NCBI RefSeq assembly: GCF_006345805.1
Contig: NC_043002.1
Span: 22,196,001-22,260,000, forward strand
Direction of reading: 5' to 3'
Length of the DNA stretch: 64,000 bases
DNA from: Octopus sinensis
Taxonomy: Eukaryota
The position numbers and the translations under genes are program-made. This document shows positions 25,549 to 37,821 of this stretch, piece by piece. Below the pieces are notes generated by a model that made no database searches, was not told the origin of the DNA, and saw nothing but the letters and a program-made list of their open reading frames with translations. Each line of letters starts with the position of its first letter. Positions within the stretch are counted from its first letter, which is position 1.

Positions 25549-25782
25549 CTATTACCTCCGCCGGATGGTTTCGGGTGGAAATTTCATGGATGTTTGGCCT
25601 TGGGTTTCGGGTGGAAATTTCATGGATGTTTGGCCTTGGGTTCATTTTTAGTATTCCCGTTTGTGAGAGCAGTCGAGTTTATTTCAGATATTCTCATTTA
25701 AAAAAAAATCATCCCTGGCTAATTGTTAAGAGGACGTTGGTGTTGCCTTCGCCGAGGTTTGCGCTCCCTGAGTGCTCTTGTT
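25549..25782 (+). mobile_element. Small non-autonomous element resembling Helentron-associated (HINE-like) repeats, with a perfect 36 bp internal tandem duplication
   Basis: Starts tattacctccgcc and ends cgccgaggtttgcgctccctgagtgctcttgtt (imperfect subterminal inverted repeat); 36-mer ggtttcgggtggaaatttcatggatgtttggccttg at 25567 and 25603. Family assignment is from memory. Confidence 0.45.
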
Positions 25783-26304
25783 TATATTTATTCCAATTGA
25801 AATGTATATAATAACTGCAGAAATAAAGAAAGGACGCGTTAGATAGTATGAGAGACAGTAGGACGTTCAAAATATCATAGAGTGCTTGTGGAATGATTAA
25901 AATCTGTGTACAAAATCTTTGTTAAAATCTTTGTACAAATCTCTAGTCATTGGGTGCCAGACATAAGATTTCGAGCTGAATGAAAAAAAGAAGGCGTCGG
26001 AGGGGCGATGCATACCCTGCAAGCAGAGGAACTTTTCTACAAGTTATACTGTGGCTTACAATGCGTTGCTTACCCATGCTTTTGAATTGAACTTGATTAA
26101 GCTTTGTAAGAGTTTGACTAAAAGAGGATTAGAAGCAAAAGTAAATGACAGCTAAAAGTAGACATGCTCGATGTCTTCGCCAAACGCATTTGAATAAAAT
26201 TTGCATAAGACTAGAGAAATAATAATCGTGATTATGAAAAAGAAAATTAACAAAATGAAATATTGCGTAGAATTTGAGAAGTGTTTTCAATGTCTTTCAA
26301 TGAT

Positions 26305-26570
26305 CGCAGGCGAATCAAACGTTTTTAGAGGAGAATCTGGATAAACTGGAATTCTCAGAAAGAGAAATCAACCGGTTAATTCATACATTACAAGTCCAAT
26401 CTGTGAGTGGCACAGTAAAAATATGCAAGAATTTTCTCAAGTTCCAAATGTGAATTTGTCTGTGTTAACTACATCCCAAAGATGGAGCCTTGTATCTTTG
26501 TTGGAAACCGGCTTCCTCCTCAGTGGAAGATTTATAATATCTAAAAAATAGAAGGGGCATACATACACAG
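26305..26570 (+). mobile_element. 3' end of an RLE-clade non-LTR element (copy 1), ending in CATA repeats
   Basis: 26343-26453 translates KLEFSEREINRLIHTLQVQSVSGTVKICKNFLKFQM*; 3' UTR motif ggagccttg...gaaaccggct; ends gcatacatacac. Confidence 0.7.
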
Positions 26571-26579
26571 AAACTGTGT

Positions 26580-27076
26580 AGAATTATGGAATTCAGCCGC
26601 CCAGCGGATGTTAGTGTAAAGCTAAAGATCAACGAAAAAGAAAATACCTACGCTGAACTATTGAGGAATCTACAGCTGCCCTATTCGAATTACAGGTTCA
26701 GGGTTATACCTGTAATTATTGGGGCAGCGGGATATGTATCACTCTGCCTATGTACCAATCTTCAATAATTAAGCTTCTCAAAACCAGTAAGGACAAAGAT
26801 TACAGATCTAAGCCGTCGCTGGTACTGTAAAATCTGTAAATCTTTCCAGAAGTTTATAATTTAAATATATATGAGTATGTCTAGATATGCGACTATATGC
26901 ATAAGAATACATACATAAAACGAAACATACAAATTTGCTTACATACATACATACATACATACATAAACACCCTGCTGATGTTGAAATTTCAATGAAGGAG
27001 CCTTGAATTTAGGTTAGAAACCGGCTCTTTCTCTGTTGGCAAGAAATCTGAAATAAAACTGAATAATGACATACAT
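26580..27076 (+). mobile_element. RLE endonuclease domain and 3' UTR of a related non-LTR element (copy 2), ending in CATA repeats
   Basis: EFSRPADVSVKLKINEKENTYAELLRNLQLPYSNYRFRVIPVIIGAAGYV (E-x-x-x-P-x-D...K-x-x-x-Y RLE pattern), then LQI*AVAGTVKICKSFQKF; UTR motif ggagccttgaatttaggttagaaaccggct; ends gacatacat. Confidence 0.8.
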
Positions 27077-27081
27077 GTGGT

Positions 27082-27338
27082 GGCGCGGGGCTTAGTGTTT
27101 AGGGTGTCAGCATCATGATCGTAAGATAGTGGTTTCGATTCCTGGACCGGGCGACGCGTTGTGTTCTTGAGCAAAACACTTCATTTCATGCTACTCCAGT
27201 CCACTCAGCTGGCAAAAATGAGTAACGCTGCGATGGACTGGCGTCCCGTCCAGCTGGGGAACACATACACCATAGAAACCGGGAAACCAGGCCCATGAGC
27301 CTGGCTAGGCTTTAAAAGAGCGCTTTTATTTTATTTTC
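27082..27338 (+). mobile_element. SINE family B with V-domain-like tail
   Basis: tRNA-like head, core tgtgttcttgagcaaaacacttcatttc, tail gcgatggactggcgtcccgtccagctggg. Confidence 0.85.
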
Positions 27339-27594
27339 TATGACATGCATACACACACGTACATTTAGCCATATAAATACATACATAAAAACAAATACAT
27401 ACATACATACACACGCTTTGTTCTATTACACTTCACTTCTTTATTTGTCGGTTGGTTAACTATTTAACCAATTAATTAATCGATTGTTTGAACGTTCGGT
27501 CAATCAATCAATCAGGTTTATCAAAGTCCTTTCGCCATTTGTAACTTCAACAATGATACATCTTCTCAATGATGTCTTCAGCTTCAGCCTTACA

Positions 27595-28028
27595 CATACA
27601 TACATACATACATACATACATACATACATACATACATACATGCATACATACATACATTCATGCATACATACATACATACATGCATACATACATACATGCA
27701 TACATACATACATACACACATACATACATACACACATACATACATACATACATACATACACACATACATACATACATGCATACATACATACATGCATACA
27801 TACATACATACATACATACATACATGCATACATACATACATACACACATACATACATACATACATGCAAACATACACACATACATACATACATACATACA
27901 TACATACATACATGCATACATACATACATACATGCATACATACATACATACATACATACATACATGCATACATACATACATACATACATACATACATGCA
28001 TACATACACACATACATACATACATACA

Positions 28029-28059
<31 letters not shown>

Positions 28060-28170
28060 GCATGCATGCATACATACATACATGCATACATACACACATA
28101 CATACATACATATGCATGCATGCATACATACATACATACATATGCATGCATACATACATGCATACATACA
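27595..28170. repeat. ~575 bp (TACA)n microsatellite with variant units
   Basis: Direct inspection. Confidence 0.95.
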
Positions 28171-28829
28171 TCAGAGCACACATACACACACGCGTGCGCG
28201 CAATGATACACGTACAAGCAAACACACATTCATACAACAAAAGTGAATATCCTAAGATCTCAAGATTTCAGCCATTTTGCTCAAAACTGATATCTTTATA
28301 TAACACCTCAGACATGACGTTGTTGTTTCCGGCGAGACACTAAATTCCACACTCCCGCATTCTGCAGGAATAGGCTTCAGACGTACAAGAATTACCTGAT
28401 ATAGACTAAACTACCATCTTAAATAGAAGGTTTCTGTCTGTACGTCTGTTTGCCTGTCTGCTCATCTCTCTCCCTCCCTCTGAATCTACTTTTGTCACTT
28501 TATTTTCGTCCCTTTTTGTCTATCTATTTGTCTATCTATTTGTATATATATATATACACACACACATAATACCCGCTATCACTTGCTGTCTTTCATTTTC
28601 TCCATCTGACACTCCCTGTCATATCTGCTATCCTCTGTCTGTCTGCCTGTCCGTCTGGGTCTGACATTGCTTCTTAATCTCTGTCGACCCATATATATGT
28701 ATATGCACACACACACACACACACACATATGTATATACACACATTTATATACATATATATTTATATATATATATATATATATATAATGTATGTATAAATG
28801 TATATGTATAATTAGGTATATGTATATAT

Positions 28830-28884
<55 letters not shown>

Positions 28885-30321
28885 AAGTATGCATATGTAC
28901 GTATGTATATATACATGCACACACGCACACAGACATATATATATATATACTTCCCAGACCTCGAGTCCGTGTTTATCAATCTTCCAACATCATTCCTTTT
29001 CTCACTCTATCAATCTGTCTCTGCCTTTCTCTTTCTCCATCTTTTCTTTCAGTCTCCCTCTCTGCTTCCCTCCCTCCCTTTCCCTCCCCCTGTTTCTCTC
29101 TTCCTTCTACAATTGTATAATTTCCACTGCTTTTTAAAAAAAAAACGGAAGTGACCTTTAACAAAAGTAGGACAACGCCTACAGTAAAATAATTTGTATT
29201 GTTGATACAGTTATTGTTGTAGTTATTGCTGTAATGTTTTCGGTGATAATTTCTTAAGCTGAATAAAACCACAAAGTTTGCGAAGTCACAATCGACATAA
29301 ACAGTCTCTCATTTCATGACTGATGCGAGTCTTACTCTGCCTTTCGATAGGATGAAAGCTCAACTCCTTCACCAGTGCAATTTAAGCTAAAAACGAATGA
29401 AGACGTAACTAAGGCAACTCGTTTTATCCGAAATTCCACTGAATCTGTCACATTTTGTTTTAATTTGCGCAAGGACACTCGGTTTGTGATGTGCATAGTA
29501 GATTAAATTATGCATATTCTGTATAAGTGCAAATTTATGATCATTTGTATATGGTCATTTGTCAGATGTGTGACTGTAAGTCCCTTATCTCTATACAGTC
29601 CTAATTTCCTCTTTAAAGGAGTTCTGCCTCATCAATAGTACAGTTACTTATTTGGATGTAACTGTACTTAGGCGAACATACTGGTAAACTCCCACAATAT
29701 AGGAATGTGAATGAGAAGCTCATGTGCCTAACGAAACATACTTCCTCTCCACTGCCGATATTTAATTAATTAATTTATTTAAATTATATTCTTAGATAAA
29801 ACTATGTGCAACAAAGCTGACAACTACTATAACGTGAAAGCAAAATGACTTTTAAATGGGCTGTTAGTCCTGTTAAATATATCAGCAAAATATTCTTCAA
29901 GTAACACACTACGATCTTCAAAAAGCGTCACATCTGATATGATCTGGGTTACAATGCTTATGAGTAGAAAACAAAGATGATCGTTGTTGTCTTCAATCAC
30001 AGATACATGCGACTGAAGCTGTCTAGGGATTACAACAGTAGCAGAATTAAGGAAAAGATTAAGCCAAAAGCATATATTGCAAAATTCAATTAATTCAATC
30101 CAGCTAATTGATACAAGATTGTAGAAACAAATGTGGCTAAAAAATTCTTAGAGTTTCAAAACGGAAACTTCTCAGCGAGAAAACTTTCATTTAATCAAGA
30201 TATCATTGGACTGAAGAGTAACCTGCTGTATACACCTCGTTTGGATAATTACCACCTCCGAAGTTCCGCTTACTATGGAACACATGTAGACCGGATCTGA
30301 TCTACTTCATTCATTAACTCT

Positions 30322-30364
<43 letters not shown>

Positions 30365-30497
30365 CTCTCTCTCTCTCACTCTTCACATATATAAGCCTTT
30401 ATGTGTTTTGATATCCAATGATCGTTTTCGCTTTTTAATTCTTACTTTCCCCATATATTTTCCACGTTTAGTTTCTAATTTCTTTTTGAAACATTTC

Positions 30498-30532
<35 letters not shown>

Positions 30533-30660
30533 TCAAATGGAATATCAAAATCAATATTAATAATGGAATATTAAAAATATCATTAACAAAAGAAGAGGAC
30601 GTACGTACACATGGAATTTATTAGTTTAACGCTCAGGAAAAGTGGGAAGAAGAGTGGGTT

Positions 30661-30693
30661 TTTAACGTTTCGAGCATAGCTTTTCGTCAGAAA
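30661..30693 (-). ncRNA. Minimal Penelope-type hammerhead motif (stem III reduced to an ACGT palindrome); stem II closing pair mutated
   Basis: Reverse complement: ttt CTGACGA a aagc-tat-gctc GAAA cgtt aaa. Confidence 0.6.
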
Positions 30694-31503
30694 GGAAACG
30701 CGTGCGCACATACACACACAAGCACACACACAAACACGCTTACACACACATACTCATACGCACACACACACACACACGCGCGCACACGCATATAGGCATA
30801 GCTGTGTGGTCAAGAAGCTGATTTTTCAAACACGTGGTTTCCAGTTCACCAGTCCCACCACCGCAACTACAAACATCATCGCCACCACCTGTACTACGAC
30901 CACCAATTCCACCACCACAATGACCTTATGACCAACACCATTACCACATCACTGTTCTTCATTCTATGTTGTTTCCTTGTTTCTTTAAATATAATACGGA
31001 AGGAACCCAACAGTAGACATAGATAAACGAGAGCGACATGGAAATATATATATACCGAGAGAAAGAGAGATACATTCAGGGAGAGAGAAAGAGAAAGAAG
31101 AGAGTGAGAAGGCGAGAGAGAGAGAGAGAGAGAGAGGGGTGAGAGAGCTAGAATGAGAGAGGGAGAGAGTGGGGGTATCTGTGAGAGGGAATGGGAACAA
31201 ACTAAATATAATGAACGAAAACAAGAGAAGATATTTGAGAAGAGTTGTAGGGGTGTTCTCTGTGTAAGAGTTGAACTGGGGTAGTGGCAAAGATAGAGTG
31301 TTATTGGGGCAAAGAATGGGGTTCGGACAACATCCATCACCGACTTTCTCTCTCCCCTCCACTCCACATTGCCCTCTATGTTTTCCTCGTCCACTCTCTC
31401 ATCGGTGACGTCATCGTCATCAACGTCTTCATCGTAGTTATTAATACCGCCATCATCAACTGCCCGATCCTTCTCATTATAATCGTCGTCGTCGTGATTG
31501 TCG

Positions 31504-31537
<34 letters not shown>

Positions 31538-31789
31538 TGTCGTCGTTGTCATCATCATCGTCATCGTCATTATTGATATCAGTACCATTACCGCCACTAT
31601 GAACATTATTATCACTATCATTTCCATCACTGGCATCAGCCTCATCATCTTCGTTAACATCACTTTCAGCTTCACCCTTTCCCTATCATCAAAATTATCG
31701 CCACTACTTTCACCACCATTCTCATCGTCATCATCATCCCGCCAGACAAAATGCTTAGCGGCATCTCGTCTGTCTTTATGTTCTGCAAT

Positions 31790-31943
31790 ATAGTTTTGTA
31801 TTTCAGAGATGAGGAATTACGTACATTATTTACATTATTTACATTTGGCAGATATTTGTCCTCATCTTGTTTGTTGTTAACACAACGTTTAGGCTGACAT
31901 ACCCCGCCGTCTTCACCAGGCATCTTGGGGAAATTTCGAAGCC
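31790..31943 (-). repeat. Inverted, more degenerate copy of the hammerhead-bearing tail at 33655-33800
   Basis: Reverse complement ttcgaaatttccccaagatgcctggtgaagacgg...cagcctaaacgttgtgttaacaacaaacaagatgaggacaaata aligns with 33687-33800. Confidence 0.8.
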
Positions 31944-31945
31944 AT

Positions 31946-32031
31946 GGCTATGTGGTGTAGTGGTTAAGAGCGCGGGCTACTAGCCCCAAGATTTCGAGTT
32001 CGATTCCAAGCAGTGACCTGAATAATAATAA
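31946..32031 (+). mobile_element. tRNA-like SINE head followed directly by (AAT)n
   Basis: A-box tggtgtagtggtta, B-box gagttcgattcc, anticodon-like arm gggctactagccc; no complete acceptor stem. Confidence 0.7.
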
Positions 32032-32059
32032 TTATTATTATTCTTTAAAAAATAAGACT

Positions 32060-32940
32060 CAAAAAGACTGGAATATCTACAGTTTTCTGTGAGTATTTTT
32101 AATTTCCCTCAAAATAAGTTAAGGAACTTACATATCTATAGCTTTGGATATACAAACGAACATCTCAAAAAATTTAGAAACTTTAATATCCAATTTTGTG
32201 TGAACATTTTGTCTTCCCTTCTTCCCTGACTAACAGAATATGTAAACATGCCTTTTATTGTGACAACACAATTAAATGTAGGATTAAAAAATTAAGGAAG
32301 TACGCACCTGCCAATATATACATACTGCACAACTACAAAATCTGTAAACCACAGCAAAACTTTTAAATAAGAAAAGAAAAAATCCAAAACAGAAAGTTAA
32401 AGAAATTCAAAAATCCAGCAAGGTGAACATCTCTTCCTCCTACTATTTCCAAAGACTGTAACATCTACAATTTCCAGTGAATATTTTAAATCTCCCTCAA
32501 AATAAAATAACTTACATACCTACAGCTTTCGAACACACAAACGATCAGCTTTTAGAAAAAGAAAACTTTAATATCTACAACTAATGTGTGAATACTTATC
32601 CTTTTCTTTCTCCCTGAGTATTCGAAAATATAAACATCATCTTCCTTTTTATTCCAAGAGCACTACGATTTCTCTCTTTGCGGTCATACAAAAGACCATA
32701 TTTAGTAACTCTTAAAATTTTACTATCGACAACTTGGTTTCTGTTCTTGTTGACCCACCCTGAGTGTTCGAAAATATAAACATCCTTTTCATTGCAAAAG
32801 TTCTACTGTATTCTCCAACTGGACAGACAAACGAACATCTCAAGAAAACTTGAAAACTTTAATATATTGCCCAAATACGTAAACACACTTTTTATTGCAA
32901 CAACAATTTTGAATTCAGAAATTCAAAGATTCTGCGACGT
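32060..32940. repeat. Old degenerate tandem duplication (~390 bp period plus partial copies)
   Basis: aaagactg..atctaca..ccctcaaaata..aacttacata..acaaacga..gaaactttaatat recurs near 32062, 32451 and partially 32755-32910. Confidence 0.55.
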
Positions 32941-32961
32941 GAATATCAGAATATATATGTG

Positions 32962-33017
<56 letters not shown>

Positions 33018-33504
33018 TATTATTATTGTCTTTTTTCTACCAGTAATTACAAACAGAACAGGTTGAATTGCTTCTTTTCAAGGCAGGGCTCCCGTATCCA
33101 CTGGTAGTAGTAAACACATTTGACCTCTGCTGACCTAAAGAGTGCAAAGAGTTCTTTGTCTCTATGGCTGACCTTCCCACCATCTGCCGAATCTATTTAT
33201 AGACCTGTAGAATATAGGCTCCATTCACCGAACTGCTACCCAACTTTTTCCTAAAACAGTGGTGGTGGTGGTGATGGTGATAATGATAAAAATGAAATAA
33301 TAATAATAATATGTTGCAGCTGCTAATACTAAATACTACTAACACTAAATTAACACTATAACTACTACTATTATGATAGCACAGGTATCTGAGGCCCAAT
33401 TACTACACTTACCACTACCTCCACCCACGCTACTGTTGCTGGTGCTGCAACCACTGTTGCTGCTACACATAAATACAATAATATCAGTGATATCAGTGAT
33501 GATG

Positions 33505-33562
<58 letters not shown>

Positions 33563-33573
33563 TGATGATGATG

Positions 33574-33640
<67 letters not shown>

Positions 33641-33704
33641 TAACAACAACAACAACATCGAAAAATATCTTAGAAAGGAGAACCCCGGTTCGAAATTTCC
33701 CCAA

Positions 33705-33750
33705 GACATCTGATGAAAGCTGGAGAGTATATCAGCCGAAACGTCGTGTT
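33705..33750 (+). ncRNA. Minimal Penelope-type hammerhead motif in a tail preceded by long (AAT)n
   Basis: gacat CTGATGA a agctg-loop-cagcc GAAA cgtc gtgtt; stem I gacat/gtgtt (two GU pairs); stem II 4 bp plus an A.C closing mismatch. Confidence 0.65.
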
Positions 33751-34384
33751 AACAACAGACAAGATGAGGACAAATACCCGTCAAATGCAAATAATGCTCA
33801 CGTTTTGTGTTCAAATTATGTCGAGGTCGACTTTGCCTTCAGCCTTTCCAAGTCGATAAAATAAGTACCAGTTGAACACTGGGGTTCATATAATCGACTT
33901 ATTCCCTCCTTCGAACTCTCTCGTTTTGTTCCAAAATTTGAAACCATAATCCTCAGATTATGATTCTTGGTTTGGAACATTTTCGCGACGGTTTAATCAG
34001 TAATACCACTGAGAATAGAGGCATGACGACCGCAAAATTACTATTGCTGCAGATGATATTGATTAGCCCCAATATCAATCCATATACAGCAGACCTATGA
34101 TCAAAGGTGCTGAAACTGACCATTCTAGTTTACTTTAATCTAAGACTATATAAACCAGAGTCACATTTTTGACTTCTCTTTCAGGACAGTGTTATTTGTA
34201 GATGAATTATGAAGGGCTGGATTAAGACCCATAGAGGCCCTAAGTACTTAAAAGATTTTGGTGCCGTCATATATATGTAATTCAAAACAATGATAAATCA
34301 TAAAGTAAATTTTTATTTTTGAAAATGAAACAAAACTGATTGCAAGACATAAAATCATGTTCATTTTTGTATTAAAAAAATTAT

Positions 34385-34625
34385 TGCGCCCTTTTAAAGC
34401 CTAGCAAGACTCATGGGCCCGGTTTTCCGGTTTCTATGGTGTTCCCCAGCTGGACGGGACGCCAGTCCATCGCATCGTTACTCATTTTTGCCAGCTGAGT
34501 GGACTAGAGCAACGTGAAATGAAGTGCTTTGCTCAAGAACACAACGTGCCCATCCGTCCAGGAATCGAATCCACAATCTTACGATCATGATGCTGACATC
34601 CTAACCACTAAGCCACGCGCCACCA
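34385..34625 (-). mobile_element. SINE family B with V-domain-like tail
   Basis: Reverse complement closely matches 27082-27338. Confidence 0.85.
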
Positions 34626-35149
34626 ATCATTTTTGTATACTTCCACTTTATTTATATTCGAAAAGTATTCTACTTTCTTTAATTGCAAAGTCTTTGATCA
34701 GATCCTCTCTGTGACGCCACGGACACTTCGAAATTATATTTACGATCATATAAACCACTTAGAAAATTATTTTAGAAAGTTCAAAGTGCTTATTTTGCTT
34801 AATGGTTAATCCAATGTTGGAGCTATGGCTGAATGGTGAAAATGTCTATATCGCTATCATAAGCTCAAAAGTTTGATCCTACTCCACGGCATCGGGGCGA
34901 GTAGCTTTTTCTGTAATGTGGATATGTCGGGTCGACTTATTTGTTGCGAATGACCACCACCGTCCGATAGATTGTGGCTGTAATATAAAAATATAGTCTT
35001 TGTATGGTTACTTTCACCACCACCACCATGGTGTTACACTGTCACACTGATGCCGTCTACGAATTACATTTAAGCTAGATTTGCTTGTGGTGTACTCCGC
35101 CAAATACATGCTAGTTCAGTGAACTTAATCGTTCAGTTGATCGTATAGA

Positions 35150-35560
35150 ATTAGGCATAGTTGTGTGGTTAAGAGGCTCATTTTGCAACCACTTGGTTTC
35201 AGGTTCAGTCCCACTACGCGGAACCTTGGGCAAGTGCCTTTTACTATTATAGCCCGACCAATGCCTTGTGAGTGAATTTGGTAAATGGAAACTGTGCGGA
35301 AGCCCGTCGAATTTGTATATATTTACGAGTGCGTGTGTGTCTTTGTGTTTGTGTACCTCATCACCGTTGCTCGATAATAGGTGTTGGTTTGTTTACATCC
35401 CAATGACTTAAAGGATCGACAAAAGGCACCTGCAAAAAAAAGTACCTAACTTTGAAATAAATACTTGGATCGGTTTGTTCGTCTAAGTCCTTTTAAACCT
35501 TCAAGGTAGGGCTCCAGCATGGCCGCAGTCTAGTGACAAAAACAAGTAAAAGGAGGTAAA
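35150..35560 (+). mobile_element. SINE family C, degenerate full length
   Basis: gttgtgtggttaagagg...ttcagtcccactacgcggaaccttgggcaagtg...gctccagcatggccgcagtctagtgac. Confidence 0.8.
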
Positions 35561-35900
35561 CAACAGAATCTTCATGGTCAGCGATTCTGACCGAGATCCT
35601 TTTAATTTAGTTTGTTATTCGAAGAATATTTTGGTGCCATTTCTAGCATGTCAGATTGTCAAATAAAGGCTCCCTTTTTCCGTTCGTTAACCTAGAAATT
35701 CTTCACGCTTAAATGTTAAGTTCCTGGTTTGTGCAAGAAATACAGAAAGGAGATACGCTGGTGTGTGCTGTACAGTTAAAAACCGAAATCTCTCTGTTGT
35801 TTAGAAACTGTAATTGGTCTGAAAGTGATATAGTCACTACGTTATAGCATTCTTTTCTGCTCTAGGCACAAGGCCCAAAATTTCGGTGGAGGAGAGAGAG

Positions 35901-36441
35901 GGAGAATTCACAAAAAAAAAAGACGAAAACAGTAGGTGTAGACAACAAACAGATGTATTTAACGCTCGGGAAGTGAAAAAGTCTTTAACGTTTCGAGCCT
36001 ACGCTCTTCCTAAGAAAGGAACACAGAAAGAAATAACGAGACAAAATAATGTGTCGTGGCTAGCGATCTATCATAGTGATCAACCAGAGTAGGAAGAAAC
36101 GACAATAGGAAAAAGCAGATAATACAAAAAAAAAGTTTAGAAAGTACAAAACAGTTAAGAAAAGTTCAAAAGGTTCAAAAGCTTCGAACGTTGTGGTGTA
36201 TTGGGGCGATTTCTCATTACCAGAGGAGTCCAGTGTAATCCATGGGCAGGAGAAGTGTACGGGAATAGAATGTCCCGGTTGAGAATCCAGGTAGAATAGT
36301 CCAGTGTAGAAGGTGTAAAAGTTCGTTGGGTAATAAGAGGAGACAGGATCAAGTGGTGCGACCTCGTGAGCGTGTAATATATGGGGAGAATTCACAAAAA
36401 GAAAAGACGAAGAGAGGTGGTGTAGACAACAAAGAGATGTC
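35901..36441 (-). mobile_element. Short Penelope-like derivative with ~60 bp direct terminal repeats and a mutated minimal hammerhead
   Basis: gggagaattcacaaaaa..aagacgaa..ggtgtagacaacaaa.agatgt at 35901 and 36383. Reverse complement of 35983-36018: cttt CTTAGGA a gagc-gtag-gctc GAAA cgtt aaag (one core substitution). Confidence 0.6.
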
Positions 36442-36446
36442 TATAT

Positions 36447-36594
<148 letters not shown>

Positions 36595-36828
36595 TTAGAA
36601 GCTTCATCCGAGGCTTTAGTAGAAGACATTTTCCTAAAGTGCCACGCAGTCAGACTGAACCCGAAACCATGAGGCTGCGAAGCAAGCTTCTTAGCACACA
36701 GTATATATTATATATTTTGTGATTGATTATATTTAAAATATGTGGGGGAGGGGGGAAATAAAAAAATGGAGAAAGTGAGCAGTAGAGAAAAACAGACATC
36801 GAGATATATAAGAGAGGAGAATAATGGA

Positions 36829-36870
<42 letters not shown>

Positions 36871-37037
36871 AGAGTAAAAGGAATGACAAAAAGAGTCAGA
36901 GAGATAAAATGAGAGAAAAATAACGAAATACTTAGAAAGTATCAGAATGGGTAACAGAAGGAGATAGACACCGACAGAGTGAGAAGCAGAGAGAAAGAGA
37001 CAGAAAGAGATATTGAGACTGAGAGAGAAGAGAAGAG

Positions 37038-37084
<47 letters not shown>

Positions 37085-37398
37085 AACAGAGAGAAAAGAA
37101 ACAATGCGGAATAAGTGTTAAATTTCAGCGCCTCCATCAATATTTGAAAACGGAAACCGCGAATCACCAAGTTAGCATATTACTACTGTTGCTTAACCCA
37201 AGCTCAGCCTTAGTGAAGCAGATTTATGATCAACGGTTAACGCATCCATAACTTACGCGTCAGTTTATTCCCATTTTAAGACGTTGAATTTCATGTAAAA
37301 GAAATTTAACTGTTAATGCACCCTAGTTTTTTTTTTGCTAGCAGTATCATAGTGATCAATGTTTGTGCGTTAGTTTCCATGTTTGCGTTTGTTTTTTG

Positions 37399-37821
37399 GG
37401 ATCTTTTCTGTTTGAACGGCAGTTTTTTCTAGCGGTGTCATATGAAATTGTCACCCATAATTATGACCCTAGTGTCGATCTATTGCATTTCAATCTGTTT
37501 TAGGGTTAGGGTTAGTTAGGGTTAGGGGTAGGGGAAGGTATCTTTTTTTCTTCACAAATGTAAATAAACCCAATCTGTTTCTTAAACGAGGGACATTCAT
37601 ACAGCACAGAATGTTTTTTACCTCAATGGACGTCACTGATTGGTTGAAATTGCAGAAATTGAAGAAAAAAACAACCAATATCTTACAAACTATAGAATTT
37701 TCTCAATAAAGGCAAGAGAAAAAGATGTTTTATAAACATATTATACCAGTATACGAAGTTAAAAATTTTTTTAGTTACCAAGAAATTATGTTAAAAACTG
37801 CCGTTCAAACCGAAAAGATCC
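37399..37821. mobile_element. 423 bp MITE with 29 bp TIRs, 8 bp TSD and internal TTAGGG-like repeats (Merlin-like)
   Basis: TIR ggatcttttctgtttgaacggcagttttt (37399-427) vs reverse complement of 37793-821 (1 mismatch); TSD gttttttg at 37391-98 and 37822-29; tagggttagggttagttagggttagggg at ~37501-37528. Confidence 0.85.

Noticed and set aside
27484-28343. Long HTYI/MYVC ORFs (and similar ORFs throughout the track)
   Set aside because: Translations of (TACA)n, (TG)n, (TA)n, (AAG)n and (AAT)n microsatellites.
29150-30310. 1.1 kb unique AT-rich stretch as a possible gene or regulatory region
   Set aside because: No ORF, repeat or structure I could support by eye.
31946-32020. Functional tRNA gene (also 61645-61720 and SINE heads)
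   Set aside because: Has A/B boxes but no complete acceptor stem or cloverleaf; treated as SINE heads.
37500-37530. Telomere or chromosome fusion site
   Set aside because: Short and degenerate, and inside a TSD-flanked MITE.
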